From an uncultured Collinsella sp. (lineage in GTDB: Bacteria; Actinomycetota; Coriobacteriia; Coriobacteriales; Coriobacteriaceae), in the NCBI GenBank assembly GCA_900757505.1, contig CAAEOE010000013.1, positions 29,193 through 93,192 on the forward strand: a stretch of 64,000 nucleotides of DNA. Direction: 5' to 3'. The first letter of the stretch is position 1. Every line of letters begins with the position of its first letter. The notes under the pieces were generated by a model that saw only the letters and a program-made list of their open reading frames with translations, was not told the DNA's origin and did not search any database. Position numbers and translations under genes: made by a program. This document shows, piece after piece, positions 20,539-30,088 of the stretch.

Positions 20539-21237
20539 ATGGCGTTCCCGATTCGTAAAGGTGTTGCGCGCTCCTTGCGTTGCATGGTCGCGGCCATTCT
20601 CTGCGTGGTCGCGCTCGCTGTTCCCGCCCGTGCGTTTGCCGATGCTCCCACGATTGCCTATGACGGAAATGCGCGTCAGCTGACGGTCTCGGGGGCGACG
20701 GACTCCTCGGGGGAGCCCGATCTGTTTTTGGCCTTTAAAGGTCTGATGCCTGGCGATGTGCGTGATCAGCAGATAGAGATTCGTGCCACGGGCGTAAAGT
20801 CCCAGGTGCGCGTGTTTGTGCGTGCCGTTGTCGATCACGAGACGGCACGCCTGCTGTCGCCCATTACCCTAACGGCGTCGGCGGGCGATGGCTCTGCAGG
20901 TTGGCTCCAGACAGGAACACCGGGCAGCGCGTTCGCTTATCCCACGCAAATCGCCACGTTTACGAGCGATGGCAGCACGGTGCTTAATTTGCAGTTAAAC
21001 GTTCCGACATCGGTGGGCAACGAGGTTGCCGACGCAAACAAGACCATTCGCTGGGAGATTACCGCCGAGGACGATGGCGAGAAGATTCCCGTGCAGTCTG
21101 CTGACAGCAAGAAGCTCGGCTTGCTTGGTCTGGCGGCAACGGGCGACAACACGCTCACGTTGCTTTTGGTGTTGCTGACACTTGCAATCATCGCATTTAT
21201 AGCCGCACTTCTTTTGTCCCGGAGGGATAAGCGCTAG
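20539..21237 (+). CDS. Putative cell-wall anchor subunit: TasA/camelysin-like domain plus sortase-type signal
   Basis: Sec signal ending AFA; LF..FKGLMPGD..Q.I.I motif; C-terminal LAATG, hydrophobic helix and RRDKR. Confidence 0.7.
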   Translation: MAFPIRKGVARSLRCMVAAILCVVALAVPARAFADAPTIAYDGNARQLTVSGATDSSGEPDLFLAFKGLMPGDVRDQQIEIRATGVKSQVRVFVRAVVDHETARLLSPITLTASAGDGSAGWLQTGTPGSAFAYPTQIATFTSDGSTVLNLQLNVPTSVGNEVADANKTIRWEITAEDDGEKIPVQSADSKKLGLLGLAATGDNTLTLLLVLLTLAIIAFIAALLLSRRDKR

Positions 21238-21293
21238 GTTCATCTTCTAAACGCAACGCCCTCCCGGGCGGCGGGCACGAAGTTCCCTGCTCT

Positions 21294-21921
21294 ACAGTCC
21301 TGCGCAAGACGAAGGCCACATTAAGTGGCCTTCTTTGCGTGCGGAACTCGCGATGAACTTCGAGCCCGCCGCTCGGGAGGGCGCCCCTTTATTGACGAAA
21401 GGCCTAATAAGCGGATATTCCATGCCCGGATGTATTCAGAGCGGGACGGGCTTTCCGGATGGGCGGTGTTTCGGAAAGTGTGTCCCAGAATCGGCGCTCA
21501 GAGTGGTCCCCACTTTCCGGTTGATGTCTTGTCCGGAAACTATGTCCCGGAATTAAGGCTTGGAATGGGATGCACTTTCCGGTTGAGAGCCTTAGCGGAA
21601 AGTGCGACCCGGAATTTACTCTTGAAGTGGGATGCGCTTTCCCAACAGGCCCTCAAGCGGAAACTGCGTCCCATTCCGAAGGCAGATTCCGGGACACACT
21701 TTCCGAATACAAAGAAGGCCACTTAATGTGGCCTTCAACTTATATATGTTCAGCGGATACCCCCATGACAAGCCGTGCTCCAACAACAAGGCGTCTGTCC
21801 GGGCGGAGGCATATAAGGTTCATCGCGAGTTCCGCACGCAAAGGAGGCCACTTAATGTGGCCTCCGTCTTGCGCAGGACTGTCCGAGCAGGGAACCTTAT
21901 ATGCCTCCGCCCGGACAGACG
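21294..21921. repeat. Nested inverted-repeat complex containing REP-like array copy B (about 21377-21705)
   Basis: 65-bp inverted repeat 21294-21358 / 21818-21882 (2 mismatches). 30-bp perfect inverted repeat 21792-21821 / 21892-21921. Three copies of aggccac-ttaat-gtggcct (either orientation). Confidence 0.8.
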
Positions 21922-21941
21922 TTTCAGTTATGAGCGACCCG

Positions 21942-24257
21942 CTACTTGATCTTCGTCGTGCCCGGTGCCAGGTTGGGGTCGGTCTCGTTGGCCTCGGTCT
22001 GGAAGTGCTCCGTATAGACGTTCTTGCCGTCGCGGAACATCTCGTAGTACTGCATCTTGGCGTAATCCTCGCGCGCCTTGGTGGCGGCTGCGGCAGCGGC
22101 GTCGTCACCGGTGACGTTGGAGGAGAGCGCCCAGCGCAGGCTGGCGTCCTCGTAGCCGACCGAGTTGATGGCGGGCAGCGACTTGCGCAGCGTCATGTGC
22201 GCCTTCTGGTAGTCGGTCAGCGGTGCGCCGATCAGCTGCATAAGCTGGGTGGACAGGTAGTTGGTAGACAAGTCGTCAACCTCGCTCGTCTGGTCGCAGC
22301 CGGCAACGTCGTAGTTGGCCCAGATGATGTAGTCGGTCTGCCACAGACGCTCCTGGTGGGTGGCGTCGTCCTCGCCGGTAAACCACTTGTCGTTGAACTT
22401 GGACGGGAAGAACGGCTGATGGTCGCCCCAGAACACCACGACCACCTTGCGGTCGAGCTTGCTCAGGGCGTTGAGGAAGTAGCGCAGCGCCTGATCGGAC
22501 TGCTCGATGCACGAGACATACTCGTCGACATCGGAGAGCGTGCCGTCCTCGACGGTCTTGGCGTCCAGATCGGTCGTGTCGATGTTCAGGTGCATCTGCT
22601 TGTCGACCGGCAGCAGACCCGTATCGTAGCCCGAGTGGTTCTGCATGGTCACGTCGAAGATAAACTGAGGATCGGCGTTCTGGTCGAGCAGCTCAAGAAT
22701 CTTGTCGTAGGTCGCCTGGTCGGTCACCATGCCGCGCAGGGTATCGGCGCCCTGGAAGTCGTTGATGGACAGGAACTGGTCAAAGCCAAAGTCCTTGTAG
22801 ACGTTCTCGCGGTTCCAGTTGGTCGCGTGGTTGGGGTGCATGGCCGTGGTGGAATATCCGAGCGACTTGAACTGCTCTGCCAGGTTCCCGGTCGTTTCCA
22901 TGTTATAGATGGTGTACGGATACACGCCCGAGCCCAGGTTGGCCATGGAGTTGCCGGTCATAAACTCAAACTCGGTATTGGCCGTGCCGCCGCCGTAGGC
23001 GCTCACGTAGAGCTTTCCGCGGCTGAGGCAGTTGGACAGGTTCTTAAAGTACTGCGGACCTTCGTAGCCGGCGCGCATGTTCTGGTAGATCGACAGATCC
23101 GAGAACGTCTCGTTCATGATGGCGATGACCGTGGGCTTCTCGCTGTCGAATTGCTCCTTTGCGGCGGCGCGCTCGTCGCTCTTGGCCGCGTCGGACTTGT
23201 CGTAGGCCTTGGCGTACTTTTTGAGCGTGGCCTTGGCATCGTCGACGGAGTAGTCGGCGGGTTTGGGCGGCTTGATGGACTGCGCTGCGCTAATGAAAGC
23301 GGGCAGGTAGCCCTCGCGCCAGTAGCTCTCGAGCGGGCGCCAGGTGTAGACGGTGATGCCGAGGGTGTTGTAGTAGTCGATGAGCGTGACATGCGCGGTT
23401 ACGCCGCCCAGGCACAGCACTGCCACGAGCAGGTTGGTGAGCAGCATGCGCTTGGCGTTGGCGGCACCCTTCTGACGGTGCGGTGCCACCAGGCCGGCGT
23501 ACTCGCACAGCAGCATGGCGATGGCGGTAAAGCCCATGGACAGCACGCAGAACAGCGAGATGGAGAAGGTGTAGCCGTTGCCGGCGACTGCGGCGGCAGT
23601 GGAGATGGCCGAAAGGTCGCCCGGCTGGATGGGCATGGATTTAAACGTGATGACGAAGAACTCGGCAATGCCCAGGACAAAGAGGGCAAAGGTCAGGACC
23701 GCGGGAGCTGCGCCGTGGCGCTGGAATAGGAAGAACAAGCCGACCATGAGCACGGTGATAATGGCCCATTCGAGCAGAATGCACAGGGGGTAGACCCAGG
23801 TAAAGTCGTGGTTGGACGAGACCTCCATGCCCAGCAGCGCAAAGACGCCGGCGAGCAGTAGGCACAAGACGGCGGCGACGAGCGGTTTGCCCACAAAGGC
23901 GCCGCGCAGGCGGGCGAGCTTGCCGGTGAGGGCGGGGGCATCGGGCGCGGCGAACGCAAAGACGCGCGGGGCGATGCGGTCGCGTGCGATGCTGGCCCAA
24001 GCGCAGCCGGTGAGGATGGCATTGGTCAGGATGAGCATCACAAAGGCGAGCGGCTCGTTTTGGGCGACGAGGCCAATGGCGCCCCAAATGGTTAAAAAGA
24101 GCTGGAACAGGCCGAAGGCGACGCTCCATCCAAGAGCGCTTTTGGCAACGGTGCCCGACTGAGCGCGAATGGCCTTGGCCTCGCGCAAGACAAGGTAGAC
24201 GGTCGCCGCAAGACCGACGAGCGAGATGGCGGCAGCGAACATGCTGAGACTCCTCAC
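21942..24257 (-). CDS. LTA synthase family (sulfatase-fold) membrane protein
   Basis: Multi-TM N-terminus; IMNETF, GGGTANTEFE, TMQNH and GDHQP motifs. Confidence 0.88.
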   Translation of the reverse strand: MRSLSMFAAAISLVGLAATVYLVLREAKAIRAQSGTVAKSALGWSVAFGLFQLFLTIWGAIGLVAQNEPLAFVMLILTNAILTGCAWASIARDRIAPRVFAFAAPDAPALTGKLARLRGAFVGKPLVAAVLCLLLAGVFALLGMEVSSNHDFTWVYPLCILLEWAIITVLMVGLFFLFQRHGAAPAVLTFALFVLGIAEFFVITFKSMPIQPGDLSAISTAAAVAGNGYTFSISLFCVLSMGFTAIAMLLCEYAGLVAPHRQKGAANAKRMLLTNLLVAVLCLGGVTAHVTLIDYYNTLGITVYTWRPLESYWREGYLPAFISAAQSIKPPKPADYSVDDAKATLKKYAKAYDKSDAAKSDERAAAKEQFDSEKPTVIAIMNETFSDLSIYQNMRAGYEGPQYFKNLSNCLSRGKLYVSAYGGGTANTEFEFMTGNSMANLGSGVYPYTIYNMETTGNLAEQFKSLGYSTTAMHPNHATNWNRENVYKDFGFDQFLSINDFQGADTLRGMVTDQATYDKILELLDQNADPQFIFDVTMQNHSGYDTGLLPVDKQMHLNIDTTDLDAKTVEDGTLSDVDEYVSCIEQSDQALRYFLNALSKLDRKVVVVFWGDHQPFFPSKFNDKWFTGEDDATHQERLWQTDYIIWANYDVAGCDQTSEVDDLSTNYLSTQLMQLIGAPLTDYQKAHMTLRKSLPAINSVGYEDASLRWALSSNVTGDDAAAAAATKAREDYAKMQYYEMFRDGKNVYTEHFQTEANETDPNLAPGTTKIK

Positions 24258-24455
24258 AAACTAAAACCTACGAAAGCGGGGGTTTACCCGATTGTTACCA
24301 AGATATGCGCTGCATTTGGTGACTGCGCACAACAACCAGCCATAATAACGCGCGTGCGTGGCGGTGTTGCGCAATGTAGCGGCGACCTGCGCGATAATGG
24401 ACGGGAATTACACGGAAACGTAAAGGCTTCTTAAAGAAATGGCGAGGGTAGGGCG

Positions 24456-25328
24456 ATGAGCGAGCAGGTTTGCAAGGCGGACATGGGCAGCGACGGAGCT
24501 GCGGTCGTGGATACATACGGCTATCCGGTCGAGACTACGGGCAACGCGGTGCTGGACATCTTGGAGCATCGCTCGTCTACGCGTGCCTTCGCGCGTGATG
24601 ACGATGACCGTCCCGTGGCGGTGACCGACGAACAGCGGGCGGCGATTCTGCATGCGGCGAGCCGTGCGCCGTCGGCAGGCGCCATGATGATGTATTCCAT
24701 CGTGAGCATTCGTGAGCAGGCCACATTGGACCGCCTGGCCGACCTGTGCGATCATCAGCCCATGATCGCCAAGGCGCCCTGGGCACTCATATTTGTAGTC
24801 GACTATGCCAAGTGGATCGATCTGTTTGAGCATGTGGGTTGCTTTGAGCCCGAGTTTGTCGAGCGCACGGGCAAGTCGCCCCGTCGTGCGCCGGGTTTGG
24901 GCGACTTTGCCATCGCGGCCCAGGACGCCGTGATCGCCGCCCAAAACGCCGTGGTTGCCGCCGAGGCCCTGGGGCTGGGGAGCTGCTATATCGGCGATAT
25001 CGTCGAGAACGCCGAGGAAGTTGCCGCACTGCTGGACTTGCCTGCCTATACCATGCCGCTGTCGATGCTCATCATCGGCACGCCCCGTAAGGAGCGCCCG
25101 GCAATCGCGCATCCCGTGGTGAACCTGGTGCACGAGGAGCGTTATTGTCGCGCCGACGCCGCGACGATGGATGCGCAGGTGGCCGAGATGGATGCGATGT
25201 TTCGCCCGCACGCCCGCGAGGTGGGCGAGCGCGTGGTGGATATCTACACACGCAAGCACACCAGTCCCTTTATGACCGAGATGAGCCGCTCCATGGAGTG
25301 GTGGTTCAAAAACTGGCTCGGAAAATGA
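24456..25328 (+). CDS. Nitroreductase / NADPH-flavin reductase (NfsA/Frp-like)
   Basis: HRSSTRAF, RAPS, AAEALGLGSCYIG. Confidence 0.88.
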   Translation: MSEQVCKADMGSDGAAVVDTYGYPVETTGNAVLDILEHRSSTRAFARDDDDRPVAVTDEQRAAILHAASRAPSAGAMMMYSIVSIREQATLDRLADLCDHQPMIAKAPWALIFVVDYAKWIDLFEHVGCFEPEFVERTGKSPRRAPGLGDFAIAAQDAVIAAQNAVVAAEALGLGSCYIGDIVENAEEVAALLDLPAYTMPLSMLIIGTPRKERPAIAHPVVNLVHEERYCRADAATMDAQVAEMDAMFRPHAREVGERVVDIYTRKHTSPFMTEMSRSMEWWFKNWLGK

Positions 25329-25330
25329 CG

Positions 25331-25362
25331 AATGTGACAAAGGGGCGTCCCTTTGTCACATT
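25331..25362. repeat. REP-like palindrome ATGTGACAAAGGG-N5-CCCTTTGTCACAT, one of 7 copies (others at 38833, 49829, 51378, 54880, 55926, 60828)
   Basis: Near-identical copies compared directly; all are intergenic or overlap gene ends. Confidence 0.9.
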
Positions 25363-25486
25363 CCATATCGCCGCGGTGGCCTAAAGGCCGCATAAATGTT
25401 TATCTAGCTGGGAAAACGGTGCCATTAAAATATGGGCTGATTACCTATAATCCCGTCGAACGTTAAAATTGGGAGGAAACCGGCTT

Positions 25487-27514
25487 ATGGAACAAAAGGC
25501 AAAGGAAGTAGCCTCGCACGCTGCGATTCCTGTGAGCATCTCGGCGATGCTCGTCACGCTGGGCGTGGTGTATGGCGATATCGGCACCAGCCCCATGTAT
25601 GTAACCAAGGCGCTCGTTGCTGGCAACGGCGGCATCGGAAGCGTCACGCAGGAGTTCGTGCTCGGCGCGCTCTCCCTTGTCGTGTGGACGGTCACGTTGC
25701 TGACGACCGTCAAGTACGTGCTGATCTCGCTGCGCGCCGACAACCACGGCGAGGGCGGCATCTTTGCCCTGTACAGCCTGGTCAAGCGCTGCGGCAAGTG
25801 GCTCATCATCCCCGCCATGCTGGGCGGCGCGGCGCTCCTCGCCGACGGCATCCTGACGCCTGCCGTTACCGTCACCACGGCCATCGAGGGCCTGCGCACC
25901 ATCCCGGCGGTCCATGCCGTGCTCGGTGACGACCAGGGTCGTGTCGTCGCCATCACGCTTGCCATCATCATCGCGCTCTTCTTGGTGCAGCGCATCGGCA
26001 CGGCCAAGATCGGTCACGCCTTCGGCCCCATCATGACGCTGTGGTTTTTGTTCCTGGGCGGCACGGGCCTGTTCTTTGTCTGCCAGTATCCCGCGGTGCT
26101 GCTGTGCCTCAACCCGTTGCGTGGCATCGCTTTTCTGCTGAGCCCCAACAACCACGCGGGCATCATGATTCTGGGCAGCTGCTTCCTTGCCACCACCGGT
26201 GCTGAGGCGCTCTACTCCGACATGGGCCATGTGGGCCGCGGCAACATCTACGCCACCTGGCCGTTCGTTAAGTGCTGCCTGCTGCTGTCCTACATGGGCC
26301 AGGGCGCGTGGCTTATCAACAACGCCGGCAACCCGGAGCTCATGGGTATCGCCGACCTCAACCCCTTCTACCAGATGCTCGCCCCGGGTCTGCGCCCCTT
26401 TGCCGTCGGCCTTTCCACCGTCGCGGCCATCATCGCCTCGCAGGCGCTCATCACCGGCGCATTCTCGCTGGTGTCCGAGGCCAGCCGCCTGGACCTCATG
26501 CCGCATATGCAGGTCTTCTATCCTGCCGAGACCAAGGGCCAGCTCTACATCCCCATGGTCAACAACGTCATGCTCGTGGGCTGCGTCGTCGTGGTGCTGC
26601 TGTTCCAGAACTCGGCGCACATGGAGGCCGCGTACGGCCTGGCCATTACCCTGACCATGATGTGCACGACAATGCTGCTCTTCTTCTATCTGCACGTGGA
26701 GCGCAATCTCAAGGTCGCGCCGTGGATCTTTGCCGCCTTCTTCCTTATGCTCGAGGGCTTCTTCTTTGTGAGCTCGCTCACCAAGTTCTTCCACGGCGGC
26801 TATTTCACCATCCTTATGGCCGCGCTCATCATGGGCATCATGGTGTGCTGGTACAACGGCACGGCGGTTGAGCAGCGCCAGTTTACGCTGCTGCCGCTGC
26901 GCAGCTATCTGCCGCAGCTCAAGCGCCTGCGCGACGACGATCGCTACGAGCTCGTGAGCGACAACATCGTGTACCTGACCAAGGACACCAACACCGACTA
27001 TATCGACCGCGATATCGTCTACTCGATTTTGGACAAGCACCCCAAGCGCGCTCGTGCCTGGTGGTTCGTGAACGTCGAGACCATGGACGAGCCGCATACC
27101 TTTGCCTACTCGGTCGAGACGTTCGGCACCGACTACGTATTCCGCGTGCATCTGTACCTGGGCTATAAGATCAACCAGCGCGTCAATGCTTACCTGCGCC
27201 AGGTTGTTCAGGACCTGGCTGCCAGCGGCGAGCTGCCGGCGCAGACGCACGACTACTCGGTCTACAAGGATCCGGGCAACATCGGTACGTTTAAGTTCGT
27301 CATGATCCGCAAGCTGCTGGCGCCCGAAAGCGACGTGGAGCCCAGCGAGCGTACGGCCATCACGCTCAAGTACATCATCCGCCGCGCTGCCGGCACCCCC
27401 GCGCGCTGGTACGGCCTGGAGAACTCCAACGTGAGCTTTGAGTACGTGCCGCTGTTCACCAAGTTTAAGGCCGTGAGCAAGATGCAGCGCCTGGCTCCCG
27501 ACGAGCGCCCGTAG
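25487..27514 (+). CDS. kup: KUP/HAK/KT potassium transporter
   Basis: LGVVYGDIGTSPMY, ADNHGEGGIFAL, GAEALYSDMGH. Confidence 0.95.
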   Translation: MEQKAKEVASHAAIPVSISAMLVTLGVVYGDIGTSPMYVTKALVAGNGGIGSVTQEFVLGALSLVVWTVTLLTTVKYVLISLRADNHGEGGIFALYSLVKRCGKWLIIPAMLGGAALLADGILTPAVTVTTAIEGLRTIPAVHAVLGDDQGRVVAITLAIIIALFLVQRIGTAKIGHAFGPIMTLWFLFLGGTGLFFVCQYPAVLLCLNPLRGIAFLLSPNNHAGIMILGSCFLATTGAEALYSDMGHVGRGNIYATWPFVKCCLLLSYMGQGAWLINNAGNPELMGIADLNPFYQMLAPGLRPFAVGLSTVAAIIASQALITGAFSLVSEASRLDLMPHMQVFYPAETKGQLYIPMVNNVMLVGCVVVVLLFQNSAHMEAAYGLAITLTMMCTTMLLFFYLHVERNLKVAPWIFAAFFLMLEGFFFVSSLTKFFHGGYFTILMAALIMGIMVCWYNGTAVEQRQFTLLPLRSYLPQLKRLRDDDRYELVSDNIVYLTKDTNTDYIDRDIVYSILDKHPKRARAWWFVNVETMDEPHTFAYSVETFGTDYVFRVHLYLGYKINQRVNAYLRQVVQDLAASGELPAQTHDYSVYKDPGNIGTFKFVMIRKLLAPESDVEPSERTAITLKYIIRRAAGTPARWYGLENSNVSFEYVPLFTKFKAVSKMQRLAPDERP

Positions 27515-27566
27515 TCGACGTCTGCTGTTTGTCTAGCGACTGCGGGCTGCAAAGGCTATACACTTG

Positions 27567-27623
27567 AAACCACCACAAGGAGGCAACCACCGCAAAGGTG
27601 CCTGTCCCCTTTGTGGTGGTTTT
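27567..27623. repeat. Palindrome or terminator related to the REP-like family
   Basis: aaaccaccacaagg ... caaaggtgcctgtcccctttgtggtggttt. Confidence 0.55.
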
Positions 27624-27650
27624 TGTTTTTGAGAGAGGGGCGGGGCGCTG

Positions 27651-29276
27651 ATGGACGTCCGTGCGGACGGCGATATTGCCGAGAACTTTTGGTGGCGGCG
27701 TACAACGCTGACGCGTCGCAGCCCTCTGTATGACGCCTGCGTATCGGCGGGGCTGCTAGCTGCGGCGACGATTGTGGGCGCGCTGCTCGACCATCCGGGG
27801 CTCGCGCCGAGCATCATGATCGTCTATGTGTTCGCTGTGCAGCTGTGCGCCTTCTTTACCTGGAGCCGCCTGTACTGCCTGCTGAGCTCTGCCGCCGCCG
27901 TGGCGCTCTACAACTTCTTGTTTGTCGACCCGCGCTACGCGCTGTCGTTTATCGACCGCGCCTATCCCGGCATGTTCTTCATTATGTTTGCGGTCTCGCT
28001 CGTGTCGAGCTCGATTGCGCTGGCCCTGCGCCGCGCCTTGGCGCAGGCTGCCGCCAGCGACCGTCGCACGCAGATGGTGCTCGAGACCAACCGCATGCTG
28101 CAGCGGTGCGGCGATCAGCAACAGATTGTGCATGCTATGGCAACGCAGCTGGCGCGTCTTTCGGACTGTCCGGTCGTGTGGTATAGCGCCGATGCCGATA
28201 ACGATGACCTGCTGCCGCGCACAACGTACACGGCCGTGGGCGATGCCGCGCCGGTGCACCAGCTGGCGCCGCAGATGCCGCCGCGGCTCTCGGCGTCCGC
28301 CTATGTGGGAACGCCGCTCGATGCCACCTATGGCGCTTCGGCGTTCTATGGCATATACCTGACTGTGCGCTCGGGTGACACCATGGTGCGCGCGGGCGAT
28401 CCCGCCTCGGTGGTGGGGGTGCTCGCCATTGTCGCCGAGCCCGATGCGCTGACGCCCGAGGAGCGGACGCTTGCCGATGCCATCGCGAGCGAAGGCGAGC
28501 TGGCGCTCGATCGCGCCCGCGCCATGGAGGCCCGTGAGGAAGCGGCGGTGCTCGCTAAAAACGAGCAGCTGCGCGCCAACTTGTTGCGCTCCATCTCGCA
28601 CGATTTGCGCACGCCGCTTACCAGCATTTCGGGTAATGCCGACGTGCTGCTCGACCAGGGCTCGACCGGCACGGCCGTGCTTGACGACCAGACACGCCGC
28701 GGTATGCTCCTATCCATTCGCTCGGACGCGCAATGGCTCAATGCTACCGTCGAGAATCTGCTCGCCATCACCAAGCTCGAGGGCGGCGGCATGCATCTGT
28801 CGACCACACTCGAGCTCATGGACGATATCGTCGAGGAGGCATTGCGCCACGTAAACCCGGCCGTGCGCGAGCACGACCTCAAGGTGGTGGCGTGCGACGA
28901 GCCGGCGCTCGTCAACGTCGACGCGCGCCTGATGGTGCAGCTGGTGGTCAACCTGGTGAACAACGCCATTACCTACACGCCCGCGGGCTCGCATATCGTG
29001 ATTTCGATTAGCGTCGACGGCGGGTGCGTGAGGTGTTCGGTCGCCGACGACGGCCCGGGCATTGCGCCCGAGGACCGCGAGCGCATCTTTGAGTCGTTCT
29101 ACACCGCCAACCATGGCCTGGCCGACAGCTGCCGCAGTGTGGGCTTGGGACTATCCCTGTGCCGCTCCATTATGTTGGCACATGGCGGTAGCATAGAGGT
29201 TGCCGCGGCGGATCCACACGGTTCGGTCTTTACGATTGAGCTTCCCGCCGCCGATGTTTCGTTTGATAAGGAGTAG
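27651..29276 (+). CDS. kdpD: KdpD-like sensor histidine kinase (4-TM DUF4118-like, GAF-like, HisKA, HATPase) lacking the N-terminal KdpD/USP domains
   Basis: YNFLFVDPRY, EQLRANLLRSISHDLRTPLT, NLVNNA, DDGPGI, GLGLS. Confidence 0.8.
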   Translation: MDVRADGDIAENFWWRRTTLTRRSPLYDACVSAGLLAAATIVGALLDHPGLAPSIMIVYVFAVQLCAFFTWSRLYCLLSSAAAVALYNFLFVDPRYALSFIDRAYPGMFFIMFAVSLVSSSIALALRRALAQAAASDRRTQMVLETNRMLQRCGDQQQIVHAMATQLARLSDCPVVWYSADADNDDLLPRTTYTAVGDAAPVHQLAPQMPPRLSASAYVGTPLDATYGASAFYGIYLTVRSGDTMVRAGDPASVVGVLAIVAEPDALTPEERTLADAIASEGELALDRARAMEAREEAAVLAKNEQLRANLLRSISHDLRTPLTSISGNADVLLDQGSTGTAVLDDQTRRGMLLSIRSDAQWLNATVENLLAITKLEGGGMHLSTTLELMDDIVEEALRHVNPAVREHDLKVVACDEPALVNVDARLMVQLVVNLVNNAITYTPAGSHIVISISVDGGCVRCSVADDGPGIAPEDRERIFESFYTANHGLADSCRSVGLGLSLCRSIMLAHGGSIEVAAADPHGSVFTIELPAADVSFDKE

Positions 29277-29280
29277 CGCC

Positions 29281-29994
29281 GTGCCGAACTCTGCCGCAAA
29301 ACCGCTCATCTTGGTCGTTGAGGACGATCCCGCCGTCCGCAACCTTATCGTTGCCGCGCTCGAGGCACACGGCTTGCGCCATATGGCGGTGGAGACCGCC
29401 CACGCCGCCATTGCCGCCGCCTCGTCGCAGGCGCCGAGCATTGTGCTGCTCGATCTGGGCCTGCCCGATATGGACGGCGTCAAGGTGGTGGAGTCGGTGC
29501 GCGCGTGGTCGGGCATGCCGATCATCGTGGTCTCGGCACGCAGCGAGGACGCGGACAAGATCCGCGCGCTCGATGCCGGCGCCGACGACTACCTGACCAA
29601 GCCGTTTTCGGTCGAGGAGCTGCTCGCGCGCATTCGCACGACGCTCAGGCGCCTTTCGTATGCGCAAACGGGCGGCGTTGCCTCCGAGGGCTCGTTCGAT
29701 ACCGGTGAGCTGCATATCAATTATGATGCCGGCATCGCCACGATGGATGGCGAGGAGCTGCATCTGACGCCGATTGAGTACAAGCTTTTGTGCTTGCTGG
29801 CGCACAACGCCGACAAGGTGCTGACGCACCAGTTTATCTTGCACGAGATTTGGGGCACGGCGACCAAGAGCGACCTGGCGAGCCTGCGTGTCTTTATGGG
29901 CACGTTGCGTAAGAAGATCGAGTCCGACCCCGCGCATCCGCGTTACATCCAAACCCATGTAGGCATTGGCTACCGCCTGGTCACCCAAGGCTAG
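29281..29994 (+). CDS. kdpE: KdpE-like OmpR-family response regulator
   Basis: LLDLGLPDMDG, DAGADDYLTKPF, LRKKIESDPAHPRYI. GTG start after GGAG. Confidence 0.85.
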   Translation: MPNSAAKPLILVVEDDPAVRNLIVAALEAHGLRHMAVETAHAAIAAASSQAPSIVLLDLGLPDMDGVKVVESVRAWSGMPIIVVSARSEDADKIRALDAGADDYLTKPFSVEELLARIRTTLRRLSYAQTGGVASEGSFDTGELHINYDAGIATMDGEELHLTPIEYKLLCLLAHNADKVLTHQFILHEIWGTATKSDLASLRVFMGTLRKKIESDPAHPRYIQTHVGIGYRLVTQG

Positions 29995-30088
29995 ATCGCC
30001 AACCACCATCCCAATATGAGTTGCGGTGAAATACGGTCTAAATTTGCCTAATTCCAGGCAAAACAGTCCGTATTCCACCGCAACTTTG

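Noticed and set aside
21570..23729. Long antisense ORFs (719 aa here; also 7063-9075, 30026-32032, 38993-41242, 43925-45910 and others)
   Set aside because: These are shadow frames of well-supported genes on the opposite strand, typical of high-GC codon bias.
25363..25486. c-di-AMP (ydaO) riboswitch upstream of kup
   Set aside because: The leader is short and lacks recognisable ydaO conserved motifs.
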